From positions 23,002,001-23,066,000 of the forward strand of contig NC_045138.2 of the NCBI RefSeq assembly GCF_008831285.2: a DNA stretch of 64,000 bases, in the 5' to 3' direction. Made by a program: the position numbers and the translations under genes. Origin of the DNA: Nymphaea colorata (taxonomy: Eukaryota). The first letter of the stretch is position 1; every line of letters begins with the position of its first letter. Under the pieces are notes generated by a model. The model saw only the letters and a list, made by a program, of their open reading frames with translations, had not been told where the DNA came from and ran no database searches. Positions 36,201 to 50,930 of the stretch are shown here, piece by piece.

Positions 36201-39200
36201 AGTGCTATGGCGGATCCATCAATTGATTAGGTCTGGACAATCAATTTAAGTGTTGCTGGCAGCATTACAAAAGACGACATATTCGGCCCCCAAACATAGA
36301 AAATACATAAAATATTTCATTGCTGAAAATCTAATTCCAACTCATTTTATAAGAAAAAATATGTAACTATGAGGAAGATTTGCTATACAGCATTTTAGAA
36401 GGTTCATATACATGACTGCTTGCTGAACTTTGTTATAAACTTATAGTGTCTACAAATTCACCAAAAATATAAGGTCAACAACAGTCATACATACATTCAC
36501 GATGGGATAAAAAAAAACCCAATTTTAAGATGATATTGGATTAGATCAATTTTGACCCAATCCAAAAAAGGACACAGCCCTGGGTGTGTTGACCGCACCC
36601 GACATGGTCAGCGCCATTTCTGGGTCATATCCAACAACATACAGTACCCATGTCGACTCGTGCCGACATGGGTACTCCCCACATTTATTTCTGTTAGTTT
36701 CTCATTTATTTTATTTTACGTAATCTTTAGATTTTTTTTATAATTTTTTCTGAGATTTTCCTGAGAAGCACAACTTTATCCGAAAAGTACTTGAGAAAAG
36801 CCTTGCCATTAAAACCTTAGAATGATATTTGTGACAATAGGATACACTATTTATTTGGTAAATACAGTGGTTAGTAGACTATGTGCATTTTATTCTGGAG
36901 TCGATGTCTGAAAACTACAGGTTTATTGTAAAATGAGTAAAATGAAAAATGGGGCTGCAAATTGGTAGGATCTGGTAGAAGGATTTTATCATTTTCTGCT
37001 GTACCAGACAATTGGGTGCCAGCTGCTATGAGGCTTTATTTCTACCAGATCCAATTTGGGGCCAGCCTCCTTATGGTTTGCTGTCCTGGCTCAAATTGTT
37101 TCCATCCTGGGTGGAAAGCAGAATGAGTTTGTGGCTTTGATAATTTAGCTTTACTTGGATCTTCAAGCTGTACAGTTTACATGCAATCTTCAAGTAATTT
37201 ACGTAATAATGAAATGAAAAGATTGAATAACAACTGAATAACAAATGATGGTTTGGAGATCTGAAAAAAGATGGGTAAATGCTTTTTTGATCGATGTAAA
37301 ATGTGTGGTAAACAATGCCAATATGTAGGCATAATTGGAGCAATTTTTCTTAAATCAACATTCAGTTGGCCTTTTTCTTTTCTGTTAATTTGTGGGGATG
37401 TGAAGATTGCGATTTGTTGCTTATTCTTCCTTGGTTGGTTCCTTATTCAAGCTTCACTATGTTCTTGTTTGCAGAGACTGCTTTGGCATTGCTTCGGCAT
37501 CCAGATTGTTGCATCTCTGGTTATTCATTTGTAAGAAGATTTTTATTCCTTAATGTATCTAGTTTGAATCCTTTTATAATTGTTTTTCATTAATCTTTTT
37601 AGTTGGCAGAGTAGAGTTGCATCGACATATCACTTCCCCTAGTTTGAACTTTCATTGTATACAATAAACTAGTTCTCATGATGAACACTGTATGTGAAAC
37701 TTTGGGTAGGACTGTGTTTTGGCTGAAACTCAATTAATTTGGAGGATAATACCATTATTGCAGAACATGTAATGGAAACTGCATCAGTTGGACCAAAAGT
37801 TGGATGTCCAGCCTACACACAACATGCACACTTTGATTATAAATAATCAAAATTGACTACTTAAGTTACTACAGTGCTTAAATAGGTATTGAAATAAATA
37901 AGTTTTACTGTGTAAGGTGTACTCTTCGGAGTGTCTTGAAACAGCTTAATTGCTATCAAACTTGAATTTTTTATTTTGGACGAACCATCAAATTTATTTC
38001 TATTTGAAATGTACAGAATGACTTTCATGATGCATTTATGATTGAGCCTTAATGTACAACAAGGGGGTGCATCCCAATATGCTATATTTATACCCTCTGA
38101 AACTAGGTTCAGGGATTAACTGTATCTTTTCTCTTCATAGTAACTTTATGTCATCTATCGTATCATGCAATAAATTAAGTTACATGCAGTGGTGGATAAT
38201 ACACACTTAGATTATCCCAGCCTATGATGTCAGAAAATATGAAGGTGGCAACTGGCAATAACATCAACGTAGAGTTGTTTTTACTGCCTTCTAAATGCTT
38301 GTGCATTGGATGATATCGTACATCTTTCTTTAAGTTCCTTTGAATGTGTTGAGGGGAATGCCAATAAATGCTGCAAATTGCAACTTTTTGCTGACCTAGC
38401 GCTAGTTACGTGCTTGGGTTCTGAAAAGTTGTATCATTTGCATAGCAGTGAAGCGTCATATATTGCATTGGGATGTGTTGCATATCTTGTCATTTTTGTA
38501 TCCACTCATCCCTTTTTTTTAGAATATCTTGCAATATCATGGCAATGGTTTTGGCATCTCTGGAATTATTGCAATAATTGGTGCAAAATGATGCATTGCT
38601 TGTGGCAATACACTTGGATACTTTTGAGACATATGGGTGTACCTTAACTCATTGCATCAGAATATGAATATTGAAAAATTAAAGTTCTTGTTTTTGCTAA
38701 TCCTATCTAGGTAGTTGATGTTTTTTTTTGCTGTATTCATTATCTGATTCAATTGCTTAAAATTGTGCTTATATTGATTACCTGTTCCCTCCTATAAGTT
38801 GATCAGTTTATGATTGTTTTTCTCAGGCTGATCTCAAGCGCTCTACTGAAGAGGCTGAGAAGCGCTTTAACCAACTTTCTATAGAAGAGCGTGGAAAATT
38901 TGATGAAGAAACTCTTGTCAATGTAAACAACATCAAGAGGCAGAGTTCGTCTAGCAATCGTTCCAAGGGATTTAGCAATGAGTACATCGTTGTAAGTATC
39001 TACTTGGTCACAGGTTCATGCGTGCCTGCTTTGTCTGAGTTAAATACTCCATTATCGCCCTGCCGAGTTAGAGAGCTGCAGGAAGGGTCTCTATCCAACT
39101 TTCATCTTTTCTAATATATTGTGTCGTCTCTTCCTCTTAACATGCAAACAAAAGATTCTTAATTAAAGTAACTTGGTATCCCCTCGTGAAATCACTGAGG

Positions 39201-39753
39201 AGCAGATATGTGCTCAATATGGAGGATTGAACTGCTAAGTTGTCACTGACAATTCAAACAAAAGAAGCTATAAGCTTCATTGAAACTGTTTTTTGTTTGC
39301 AGTCCTAGCCTCCTAGGTATTCATTTGCATCCTTCCTTCAGGGTTTTTTGTTCGTCTTGTAATTTTTTATTTGTTTGTATTCTTAGGTATTCATTGGCTT
39401 CCTTCCTATATAACTTTTTTGGTCCCATCTTATTTCTGTTGATTGCTGGATGCAACGATTCTACAGGTAACAATCCTGGTAGCTGCGGAGGGTGTGTACA
39501 AGCTACCAACAATCAATGGCAGCAATGACCTGAAAGCGGCATTACAAAAGCTTGGTTCAATTCCTTCAAGTAAAACGATGGTAAGTTTGATCTCAAGAAA
39601 GGGTGGTAATTATTTTTCCGAAACAATTATTTTTAAAACCGTTCTGCAAATTTTACGCAGGCTGTTGAAGTTCTGTGGACTCCCCAGAATGAGAATGACA
39701 CTCTGTCTGAAAGAGAGCTGCTGCAAGATTACCCACTGTTGAGGCCTTTATGA
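33230..39753 (+). CDS. FLAP1: Plastid DUF1517 membrane protein, FLUCTUATING-LIGHT-ACCLIMATION PROTEIN 1-like; 6 exons, 387 aa
   Basis: Exons 33230-33862, 34225-34327, 37475-37530, 38827-38991, 39467-39580 and 39661-39753, all GT-AG and phase-consistent (1164 nt). Transit-peptide-like N-terminus; motifs ASGGRMGGRSF, KLQVGLLG, LALLRHPD, FNQLSIEERGKFDEETLVNVN, EYIVVTILVAAEG, AVEVLWTPQNENDTLSERELLQDYPLLRPL. Confidence 0.93.
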
Positions 39754-42700
39754 AGATGCTATCCAGAGACGAAGCTCTGTCTCTTGTTGGTTTATACTTG
39801 TAAAATGAATAAGTAATTCTTTGTATTAATAAAACTTTTAACCTTGTACCGGTCTACAGGTCTTGATTTTGTAAAGTAGCCCAGGCTTGTAGGAACCTCA
39901 GTTCATGGTTTACACGAATCTAATGACTCTCCTCTCAATATGAGTTCTTTACCTTTCAAGCCATGGCTTGCCAGAGAATGACATGGATAATGCATGAAGA
40001 ACAAGAATTTCGTGAGACACCCACACTTGTGATGTATGTATGAAGTATTTCACAAAGATAAGTGAAGGTGAAAGAAATAAGGTATCTTCCTTTTCTATTA
40101 TTTCTGTGTTTAAAAAACTCAGATAAGCAGTCTCGACCAGTGAAAACATCCTCTGTGATAAATCAGGAAAGTGAGAAATCATGATTCAGGCTTCCAATAA
40201 GGAGGCAGTGGTGATTGTGGAAAAGAATTGGGGAATAGTTACATCTTTAATGAGTCAGATTGCAGAAATCACAATAGATCAAGTAAGAAACAAAGAATTG
40301 TGAAACTCCTTGTAGTGTCACTTGATTCCGATCTTTAATTTGTACATTTGATGATCTTTTGTTGCTTCTCTCCAACCTACCCAAATATTTGGTAGCACAG
40401 TTGGCTATAGTTAGAGCACTGTTCAATCTTATCTTTATTCCTCCTTGACATGGTGGCATCAAACAGACGTTAATATTGGCTCTTGCTTGATGCTTAGTGT
40501 AAAAATGATATCTCAATCAGCTTGCTCGTCAACTTAGTTCTATTTGCATAGGTGTCGTGATCTTTTTCTCCATTAGATATCACAAACTGTGGATGGTTAG
40601 TTTGTCAGCAGCAATCATCTCTCCAATTGAAGTTGTCGTGGCCTTCATTTGTGCACTACAAATTAAAGCCATTGCCAGCACCCTCTGTGTATGTGGATCG
40701 GACCCAAAACATTTAGGCATAGCCTTGCCAAAGTAGGCCACAAGGTGCCTTTGGAATTGTTCCTACATCTTGCCACAGGCCATCAATCTCCACCATGAAC
40801 CGCTGCCTTGAATATAGGCAATTGCAATACAAAGGTCGCACCCACTATTTAATTTTAGACAAGGTCGTTAAGGGCCTGCACTATCGTGCCATGCACAGTG
40901 TATCATGAGCTGTATGTAGTAGTTTGCAACCAACACAAACAAACCCTACAATTGCCCCAATGGGTGTACAGTTGATGGTTTGGGTTAGGGGATGCTTTAT
41001 TTGCAGTTTGATTCCATAGACACTATGTTTGTACTAATTGATTAAATAAGGCATGAAAAATGAGGTTGTGTCCTAGTTCATGCCATTTTTTTTTCTTAAC
41101 TGGAAAGCATCACATATGCAAAATGAAAGTAACCTCTTCTTTTCTATTTGTGGGATATTTCTTCTTCTTGGTGATTTTTTATGAAACTTGATATGCAGTT
41201 TGTAGGAAATTGTTGGTTGCGACTTCTTGAAATTTCTCAAACTATGGACTTGACCTTGCAGTGGGGAGCTGCATAGCCTCCACAAAACCATCATTTCTAG
41301 TGAACCATCTTCTCAAATCAACATGCCCTTGACCTCTGGTTCTCATTTTAGATACCCATTCTAATGTTTCCTCTCAAATATATGCAACAAAGACTAAAAC
41401 CCTTATATTGGGAAACTGTACTAGCACTACCTTATCCATATAGCTATACACTCCCTCTCGTCAATCCTCTTGTTCCCCATGAAGTCCTCATCACTGAGCA
41501 TGTTTGGGTTCCAATTGGCTAATGAGGTGAGAGGATGCCCTCAACTGGCTCATTTATGGTTAATGTAGTCTGTTTCTATTTTGGTGTAAGAAGTATTAAG
41601 TCATCAAGCCGACAAGGATGTCAAGGCTAAGGAATCCAAATAGATTATTTCTTCATCATTGCATCTAGATATTCAAAATGCTGCCCTTAGCCTGAATATG
41701 TCCATTGTATTTATTGGGATAGGGAGGCAAGCTCCTCGGTTTAAAATTTCCGTGATCATATTGCAAGGAGAAAAGCTTTAGGGGATGTTAACCTTATTTC
41801 CCCTCTTAGTAGTTATTCTTGACTTCATTGACCTACAAAGTGGATTAACTTCCAACATTAACTTCCAACTTTTTACTACGGTCATATCTTAGCTAACAAC
41901 TGAATGGAAGAAAATCACAAACAGCTAAAACGATATATAATGGTGGTTGATTTCATTTTAGTTGGTGATGCAGATTCTATAGATAGTCAATAATGAATTT
42001 GCTCATAATCAGTTGTAGTTAATCTTAAACAGGAAAGTACAAAATTCAAATGCTCATTTCATGTGTAAGAGATTCTTATATGCTATATCAATAGAATGGA
42101 AGGCCCCATAGTGTAGACCAAGAGAAGTGGATAATTTTAGAAGAATTGTATGTAACAGTTGAATACTGACCTTTTTTTTATTTTTTCATAAGAAATGGAG
42201 TTTTGGCTGTTTCATTAGAGACAATAGGTTGTAGTTGCTGGTTAGTTCTCTATAGTAGGCAAAATACAATGTAAAAGACAAGGAATGGTATGGATGGTAT
42301 AGACAAGTATCTCATAATGCGAACAAAGTCACTGCCAAACTCTTAACTATGTTTATGAGGCATAGGACAAGATTTTTCTCCATGCTGTGGATAGTATTTA
42401 TCAGAGTTCTACATTCTAAAAAGAAGTCGCTATATCAAACTTTTAACTACACTTTTGACTTCTGGATAAAGATTTATTCCTACAAAGTGCATGTTTAAAA
42501 GAAAGAAACAAATAAACCTATGGAATTGCATGTTACCTTGCTACAAAGGACACTTGAAAAAAGAGTACATGTTCAACTCCACATTCCAATTACCCTTTTT
42601 AAGAGCTTACTTCTCATTCTTGATCAAAATCTATGGCTTTGAGATTAAATAGAGTTCTGATTTTGTATGAATCCACTAGATGCCTTGAGACCATATAATT

Positions 42701-43389
42701 ATACTGTGTTCAAGGGAGTAACAGTCCGTTATATGATCCAATAAGAACTTCCATTGTAGTGCAAGGCAACTTACTCTTATTCAATATGGCTTGACTGATT
42801 TTAAGCATTTACTTGAGAAATAACATGTCAACATCCCGTTTTCTATGTCTTTTACTAAGATTGCACAACTTAGATTTGTTTGTGAGTTCTATCTCCAATT
42901 AGAAAAATGTTGTTGTTTAGTCTTATATGGTACCTCCAATTTGAACATCTGTTTAAATGCTTACCAATACATAGCAAACAACTCTTGTAGGTCAACCTAT
43001 TGAAAAGTAAATAGTTTACTCTTAAACTTTAACAAATGAAAGTTAAAAGTAGTTGTTGCTTTTCATCATTCTCGTGATGGCATAAACAAATAAACTCCAC
43101 ATGCCAAGTCAATAATAAATGTGATCGTGCGCTTCATTAAAAAGTTAGCAGAAGTATACTGATCTCTAATTCAAGATTGAAAGGCCTAGTGGTTCTTTTA
43201 AAGGCTTTTAAGGTGACATGAAATCCTCTAAGATGAGAATAGAAGAAATCACACATGAATTTTTCCTATCTTGGTTAGCCTTAGGACCATAACCATATTT
43301 ATAGACATATTAAGGTCCAAATGTTGGTTTTGCCCATCATAACTGAACATGGATCAACTTTGGTTTCTACACATTTTGATCTACACTAA

Positions 43390-43760
43390 GGCCCCGTTTG
43401 ATGCACAGGGATTTTATTGTGCATCAGGGAAACTTTGCCGATTTTGTACGGCTTTTCGTGATGCAATCAAACGGAGGTTTTTTTCCCCGAGTAAAAGCTT
43501 GGATCCAGGGTAATTTTTCCCTGGAAAAAAGTCGGACCCTGGAGGGTCCGACTTTTTTCCAGAGACAAATCTTTTGCTCGTTAGGGCTTCCTCATCACGA
43601 AGTTTCTTCGCTCTCGTTCCTGCCTCCAGCCGTCGTTCCAGTGCCATCAAACATGGCCTGAAACAAGAAAAGGTAAAATTTACCCTTTTCTCATTTTACC
43701 ATGGAGAATTTTTCTTGAAAAATTTCCCCCTCAAAAAAATCCAAGCCATCAAACGGGGCC
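43390..43760. mobile_element. Tourist-like (PIF/Harbinger) MITE, 371 bp
   Basis: Perfect 14-bp TIR GGCCCCGTTTGATG / CATCAAACGGGGCC; TAA TSD on both sides. Confidence 0.95.
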
Positions 43761-44378
43761 TAAATGAGGTAATACATACCCAAACTTATTGAATCACTTT
43801 TAAATGTACAATGATCGATATATGTAAACCCATTAAATAAATTTCTAACAGTCTCCTAGTTGCCACATATGTCATCATAAGATTGTGTATTATAACTTAA
43901 TACTTTTGAGGTTAAAAATGTTAGCTTTACCATCATCTCGAACAATCTGGTCCATTAACTTATTAATATAGAATCAAAGAGATCATAATTACTATCATTG
44001 CAATCAGACCCATGAGTGGTCATACATATCTACATAATTACATGATATAGATCAAACAATAATGTGTATCATGAAAATTACATGTAATGTAATCTTAACA
44101 TGCTTATTTCCAACTGGTCCAACCTTATGTTTTAGAGAGATCACAATAAACAAACTCAAAATTAACTAAAACTATAAACTTTATGATGTAACCAAAAAAC
44201 AGATATTTTTATGAAAAAAGTGCCCAAATACAAACTCTCACTTAAACCAATAGGTCTTGAAAAGACACAATGCTCATATGAATAGTATCCTCTTGAAAGA
44301 GCTTAGGTAAAATACTTTTAGTGTGACTCCATTGACACTTGAACACTCCAAATTCTCTTGTTAACAATTATGAACTTA

Positions 44379-44648
44379 GGACCTGTTTAAATGGAGAGAA
44401 ATGAAAAGAAAGGGTGGTTAATCTTGTATTTGGTTGGTTAATTAAGAAAATGGAAAGAAAGGGAAACAAAAAAATGCTTAATTGCAAAGGAAATGAATGT
44501 AAATGAAAAAATAACTTAACATAAATCCAATCCCTCCAACATTGTGGAGATTGGGATGGAACGAAAAAGGGTTGCTCTTTTCTTTTTTTCTCCTTTTCTT
44601 TTCTTTTCCTTCTTCCCTTTCTTTTCATTTCCCTCCATCCAAAGAAAC
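44379..44648. mobile_element. Foldback/Tourist-like MITE interrupting the Copia RNase H
   Basis: IR GGAGAGAAATGAAAAGAAAGGG / CCCTTTTCTTTTCATTTCCCTCC; lies just after the SMHIDI motif. Confidence 0.7.
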
Positions 44649-46949
44649 TAGTAATGTCAATATGCATTGACTTTGACAAGCTTTTGTTGTTGTTGGAATA
44701 TACAGCTATAGATTTATTGTCATAATATAACTTTAATGGTCTTTCAATGCTTAGCCCAACGACAAAATTTCACAACCATATTCCATGATTGAATGTCTTA
44801 TAATAAGCACTGAATTATGCTGCAAGAGCAATTATATGAACAAAAACACATTCTTCTTCAAATATAATGTCGTTAACCTTATCACCTTTCTCAAGCTTTA
44901 CATCCTTAAAGAAACAAACATTTCCTATATCAAGAAAGAACCTGTTAAAATGATCATAAAACTTGTAAGCATTGAATCTTTCATAATATCCAACAAAATA
45001 GCAACTAATTATTTTGGCATAAATTTTCTTTCATTAGGCCTATATTTTCTAGCTTCAGTTGAACATCCTCAAATATGAAAATGTTTAATATTAAGGTTTT
45101 CTTTTCACATTTCATATGGGGATATACATGCTGCTTTAGTTAGTACTATGTTCAGCATATATATTTTGCGGCCTTTAGTGCTTTGTTCTAGAAAGAATCA
45201 GGCAAAGTAGAATGACTGACCATACTCTTTACCATGCCCTTAAAAGTCCCATTTTGTCTCTCAAACATGGCAAACGGTATTAGATGTTGTTCACCTAATT
45301 TATCCCACATATTATAGTATTCACCACTATAGTGAAATTTGATGGCTTCAATCCTTTTGTCAAGTTAGTTTTCAACCTAAACCTTAAAAACTTTAAACAC
45401 ATGTAGTGAGTGAGATTTTTCATGAACTAAATGCAAGAATCTATAATGCAAATAATAATTTATGAACATTATAAAATATTGTTTTCCTTTCTAAGAAGTC
45501 ATGAGAAATGAATCGCAAATGTTAGTATGAATAAGTTCTAATACTTCCGAACATTTTTTAGCATCTATTTTTTTATTTTCTTAATATCTGTTTGTTTTCC
45601 TCTGATCCTTTCAACAAAATGTTAAAATACGTGAAATCAAATAAATAAAAAAATTCCACCTGCTACAAGCCTTTCAATTATTTGACAAGAGATATGACCC
45701 AAGCACTTGTACCATGATATAATAGAATTATTTTCAGTTACTTTATATTTTGTACCACGATAATTCAAATGCAAGGTTTCTTCAAATAAGGCAATAGTTT
45801 CAAGTAGATACAGGTTCTTAAGAAAAAAATAAGTTACTAAAAGTAACAAGACTTGAATTTTGGAATAAATTGTGATTACTAACTCTAAATGAACAAGAAT
45901 GTCCAAATTTGTTCTACATATAAATAGAAATTAAATTTCGTTTGAATGACAAAACACAATAAGTCTTTTTCATGTTAAAATAACACCTAGTTTCACTAAC
46001 AACCTAAATGTTTATATTGCCTCAACTTCAACTGTATAGTCTTTGCCACATAAATGAATCTTTTGGTGTCATTTGGTATTAGAAAACCTTAGACAACCTT
46101 ATATAAATACACTTATGTGAATAGAAGCAACTGAATCTACCAACCAAGTATGTGCAACAGTAGAATTAAGTTAAAAAAAAATCATTTTAAGGATGATACT
46201 CTTTTTACAATGCTGGATATGATACTAGGCATTGTCCTTCTTCATGTAACCCTTGCCTTTGTAGATAACAGTTTAACTTTTTACCCTTATGTCTTTTCTA
46301 CTTTTTACCCTTAACATTTTTTCTCTTTCAAGTTTTGCCCTTAATGAGATTTCGTTTCTTCCTTTGAAATTTGTAAATAAACCTAAACTACCCATATTAT
46401 GGAAGAAGAGATTTAAAACTAAATGCACCAGTAGGTCTCTTAAGTGCTTTCAGCTTTGAAACAATGTGAGATATTTTCATTATGTATTCCTTGATATTCC
46501 TCTTTCTCTTATATTTCTTTGAAGACATGTTTGCTAGAAATGTATATGTCTCTGCTTTCTTGTTCTTAGCCAAATACTTTTCTAATTTATTGAGGAACAA
46601 TGTGGCATTTACATCTTCACATATGATATCATTAAAAGTTTCTGAAATTACATATTTCATATTCATGAGACAAAAATTCTATTGGTGTATTCATGTGAAA
46701 CATTAGAGCATGCACATTGTTCAATACATGTTTGTATTTTTACTCACATACTTCATTTTGATATAGAGTACCTAAACAAGCTGTTGGACTTAATATGCAT
46801 TTTCCCTTGGAAGTATTGATCAAATTTTGAGCTCTTTAACTCCTCTCCACTGTTAAATCTAAAATTCTTAGTCAATTTTTCATACTGAGAATTACTTGAT
46901 AGAACTGCTTAAAGCAATCAAAGAATTCATTCTTTCTTGTGAGAAAGTG

Positions 46950-48906
46950 TATCTGAGTCATCCACGACACATCACCAATGAATAGAACAAAGCATATGAA
47001 GCCAGTTCTTCATAGAGTTGGGCATGCCTCCATACATATGCATGAATTAGCTCAAAACAATTTTTGCTACTTGTTTCAAAAGATAGAAATGCAAATGTAG
47101 CTATCTTTGCAAACTTGAATGCCTCACACAAACAAGTATTTTGTAGATTAGGAAATAGTACTTGGATGATGCGATTGGAGGGATGCCCCTTCTTTGCTGC
47201 AAACGATACTTTGAGCTGATGTAGATGGATTATTTATAGGCCATTGATCATTGACACTCGCCAATCTTCTTTTGAGAGAGGTGCTCTTGCAAAACCACCG
47301 TGTTTGTAGAGAATATTTCATCAGAATTTGGTTCTCTTGTTGATTTTCTTATGAAATAGAGTTGTTGAAAAATTTTACATCTAACACCTCAATGACTTCA
47401 CTTGTTTTTGAATTTTTTGTCAAGAAAGCTTTGCCAATTCCTTCAACCAAAGTATAAGCTCCATCTGCTACTCTATTGGTGCTTTGTTATACCTATTTAA
47501 ATTCATGTAGATATTCTAATTTTTAGTTTTTTTGTCGGTTGCTCCACCATCAAGCACCCACCCATCACCATGAAAACAACTAGAAAGAGCAAAAAGTTTA
47601 CTTTGAGCTGTCTTGCTTTTAGTATAACCTTTGGTGGTGACAACTAAATTGCCTTGAGCCGCTTGTTGCAAGGGTCGAGCAAGTTCTGTAATGTTGTTTT
47701 TAGCCTCTTTAGACACGCCTCCTTGTTTTTTTTTTCTTTGCTAGGTTTACCATGTAAGTTCCAACACTTGTCTCTTATTTGTCTAACCTTTTTGTAGTAG
47801 AAACACTTGGATCAGTTCTTGTTATTGAATTTTTTACTAGCTACTTTGATTTTCTCAGTCTTGAAAACAAGTTTGGCATGAGATTGAACTTGTTTTTGAT
47901 TGCTTGAATCTTGATCTTCAAACTTAACTTTGTGTCTCATTTCTTCTCTTTATGCCATTGCACAGACATAATTCAGAGAAGGAAGAGGTGTTGTCAACAG
48001 GATTTGGCTTCGGATGGTGTCAAATTCTTGACTAAGACCAGCCAATATTTTGAAGATTTTTGTGTTCTTCAATTCTCTATTTGATCGTGTATATGTTGGA
48101 AGTCACTGGGCCAATTCATCTCACATCCCTTTCAAGTTACCAAGATAAAAATGAAATGACGTACTTCTCTTCGTACTATTGGTGATTTCTTGTTGTAATT
48201 GACAGACACAAGCTAAGTTTTTCTATCCTTCGTAGATTTTAAACAATGAATCCCAAACTTCCTTGGTCGACTCCAAGAACAAGAAGCCTTCAATGATAGC
48301 TCCGTGGAATTCAGGAGTCAGGCCATGACCAATTGATAATTGAATTCCCATTCATCATAAGCAGGGTTCTCTTTAACAGGGGGAATAGTTTTGTCGTTCA
48401 CATACCCAATTCTTAACTTTCCATAGAGGAAGAGGCTAGCAGCCTTCGACCAGGTGGCATAATTGATTCCATTTAAGGGAACAATGGTGATCTTGAGTAT
48501 TGAATGGATTCTTGAATGATCACCTTTTGAGTCATCATATTTAATTTTGTAGTCGTCTCTGATTCTGCAGCTAATGGAGTTGCAGTGGTTACTATCGTAA
48601 TTGCAGACTAGACATTATTGGCTCTGATACCATGTTACACCACAACTAGGTAAAGAGAGAGTATAGAGCAGAGAAAATTAAATACCACAAATAGTCTCTA
48701 TTGTAATTTCAAAAAACTTTCAAGTAAGTGATAGATTGATACATATACTTTACAAGAATACGTAATCGATTAAATATTTGAATCACACTGAATGAGATAC
48801 TACATAACCAGACTTACCAAAATACTTCTAAATGGGCCTATCTATATAGATAGCATATAATATATGATGATCAACATATGCAGGTCCACTAAATAGATTT
48901 CTAGCA
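46950..48906 (-). mobile_element. Second degenerate Ty1/Copia element (5' LTR, PBS, gag, protease, start of integrase)
   Basis: PBS TGGTATCAGAGCC directly after ..CA; gag LNGINYATWSKAA...YDEWE...VMA*LLNS, FKILAGLSQEFDTIRSQILLTTPLPSL, decayed Zn-knuckle ..CWNLHGKP; protease WVLDGGATD (~47530-47560). LTR 5' end at ~48906 is tentative. Confidence 0.9.
48620..48632 (-). promoter_or_regulatory. Primer-binding site complementary to tRNA-iMet 3' end
   Basis: TGGTATCAGAGCC on the minus strand, adjacent to LTR-terminal CA. Confidence 0.9.
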
Positions 48907-48937
48907 TCTCAAAATTCAAAAATACTTATTCAATTTA

Positions 48938-48948
48938 GAGAGAGAGAG

Positions 48949-48999
<51 letters not shown>
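48938..48999. repeat. (GA)n microsatellite
   Basis: Seen directly. Other long SSRs: (CT)n 86-116; (TA)n ~14750-14793, ~20944-20992 and ~23497-23532. Confidence 0.95.
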
Positions 49000-49001
<2 letters not shown>

Positions 49002-50789
49002 CAACCTCAAGTGTAAAATCATTTAGTGGACTATAAATGCGTTTGTAGGGAGACTCATCCTCAATCATTTCTAATCTTCAGACCAGTGGATCTTCAGTTT
49101 GAGCATGAAGGACTTAGTCATTTCCTATGGATTAGAAAATGTGCTCACTTGGACAATTGAACATAAACTTGGATATAAATTAGTGGATGAAATTCTCAAA
49201 GCTTTCAAAATTTTGATAAGCACATGAAGTGGCCTTGACACTTGCAACCGAGATGAATCTTTGGGTGATCCAATGTTCCAATCTAAGTTTTTAAACTTTT
49301 TTCAAGACTTGAAACAGTCCATAAGGCTTCAACTTCTTAGGAATTATTGTGGCCATGTAGGAAGAAGTGTAGGACCATTTCACTTGAAAATGCCTTGGTG
49401 TATAAAAGAAATTTGAGTTTCCATATTGAAGATGAATATGACTTACAGCCATCCATTCATCATGAAATGACACTAAATAATTTTGCTATGATAGTTGTAA
49501 ATTCTCTAAGTTGCTAAAGTTATGAGTGAGTTCATTCTTTCATTGTTTTAGATGTCTGGGTAAAGTTCTTTGTATTTGGTTGCACACTTTGTCTGATCTA
49601 GCACCCATTCATGTTTTAAGTTTGACAAGGACTTTGATTAATGAAACCCCAATAACTTTTATATGCACGGATGTAAGGTACATTTGATCATGGTTTTCAT
49701 GTTTCCCATTTATTAAAAAAGGGTGGTTTCCTAGCATATAACTATGCTTCAACATGGTAGTTTAATCAAACTACTTTTCTACTTCTTTTAGCAACCTAAA
49801 TGCTCACATGTTGAGAACCTTAGTTTGCTTATCCATGGCAATTGTGAACTTTAAACCTGTTCGGCAGCAGGCTTATTGTGTTTGGGAGTCTATCTCACAT
49901 TTATTGTTTAAGATGTTTAAAGTTTTATTACTTTAAAGCTTTAGTTTCTATCATTATCTTATCTTAAATATTATGTATTTTGCATATTCCATGACTAGGA
50001 TATCAGATGCACAGAAGAAGTAGCTTGGGACTGTTGCACATATGTAACATGAGTATGCCATTATTGGTTGGCATAGCCTTGTTGATACAAGTTTTAGACA
50101 CGGGCTGGTGAGACACATCCCAATCCAAAATTTAAGTGGAAGGGCATCAATTTTTCATTTTCTGTTTCCTCCTTTACCCTAAGGAGATTCTCCTCCTCCT
50201 CCTTCTGCCTTCTCACTGCTGCTGTAGGTCACCTTTGACAACCAACATCTCCAGTGACAGAAAACCACTGGTGGATCATGACCATCGGACGATGTATGAA
50301 ACTATAAACTCTTTTTTAGTGCATTATATATGAACCTACAAATTATTTTGCATCAATTTTGTGAATCATGTGTGTGTGCACACACACAAACTATATGTGT
50401 TTGTGCATATGTACCTTGCCATGCCCATGTGCTCACATTTTTTGAAATTGTTGTGCCCAAACTTATGCTGCTGAACCTGCATCCCTAACCCACACACAAC
50501 TTAATAGACCTAGCAAACCAAAGGGTCAAATGGCTTCCTTCTATCAATGAATTTACTTATGGAATCTATACAAGTGTGTTTCATCTTATTTGTATTTCAT
50601 GTGAGGATGTTAATCCTTGCACAATGGTCTGATGTTGAAAAAAAGTCTTAGCCAGGTGTCTTGAATGAGAAATCATGCAAAAAATGAAAGGAACAAAACA
50701 ACCATGTGAATGTTCAAAATCATGGTATTATGGACGCACAACATGAACAACTTTTTGACTCAAGGTATACAATTTTCACTAAACAATGC

Positions 50790-50930
50790 TTATTATTTCA
50801 AAGCACTAGAGAAGAGGCTTATTATGAGATTGATGTGCCATTTAGTGTTTCTACTGCATCTTATTATCATTCTATGGTTGATGCAATAGCAAATTGTGGC
50901 AAATGATTTCAATATATTTTGGTGAAAAAA
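50790..50930 (+). pseudogene. hAT transposase (DUF659-type) fragment
   Basis: YYEIDVPFSVSTASYYHSMVDAIANCGK*F resembles the FY..GIPFN...SPY...MVDAI..G.GF block of plant hAT transposases (recognised from memory). Confidence 0.55.

Larger units (their letters stand above)
43150..46740 (-). mobile_element. Degenerate Ty1/Copia retrotransposon (gag, protease, integrase, RNase H, PPT, 3' LTR); most of RT deleted
   Basis: Gag ...KNKKAET...NIKEYIMKISHIVSKLKALK (46397-46666); protease-like TWLVDSVASIHIS (~46150); WYKCLGHIS..IIERLV (~45700); LELIHTNIC (~45530); RNase H-like RPLKLYYDNKS...SKSMHIDI (~44650-44745); PPT-like site ~43850. Ends approximate. Confidence 0.88.

Noticed and set aside
40200..43100. 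Possible heavily decayed retroelement sequence
   Set aside because: No diagnostic motif could be read with confidence.
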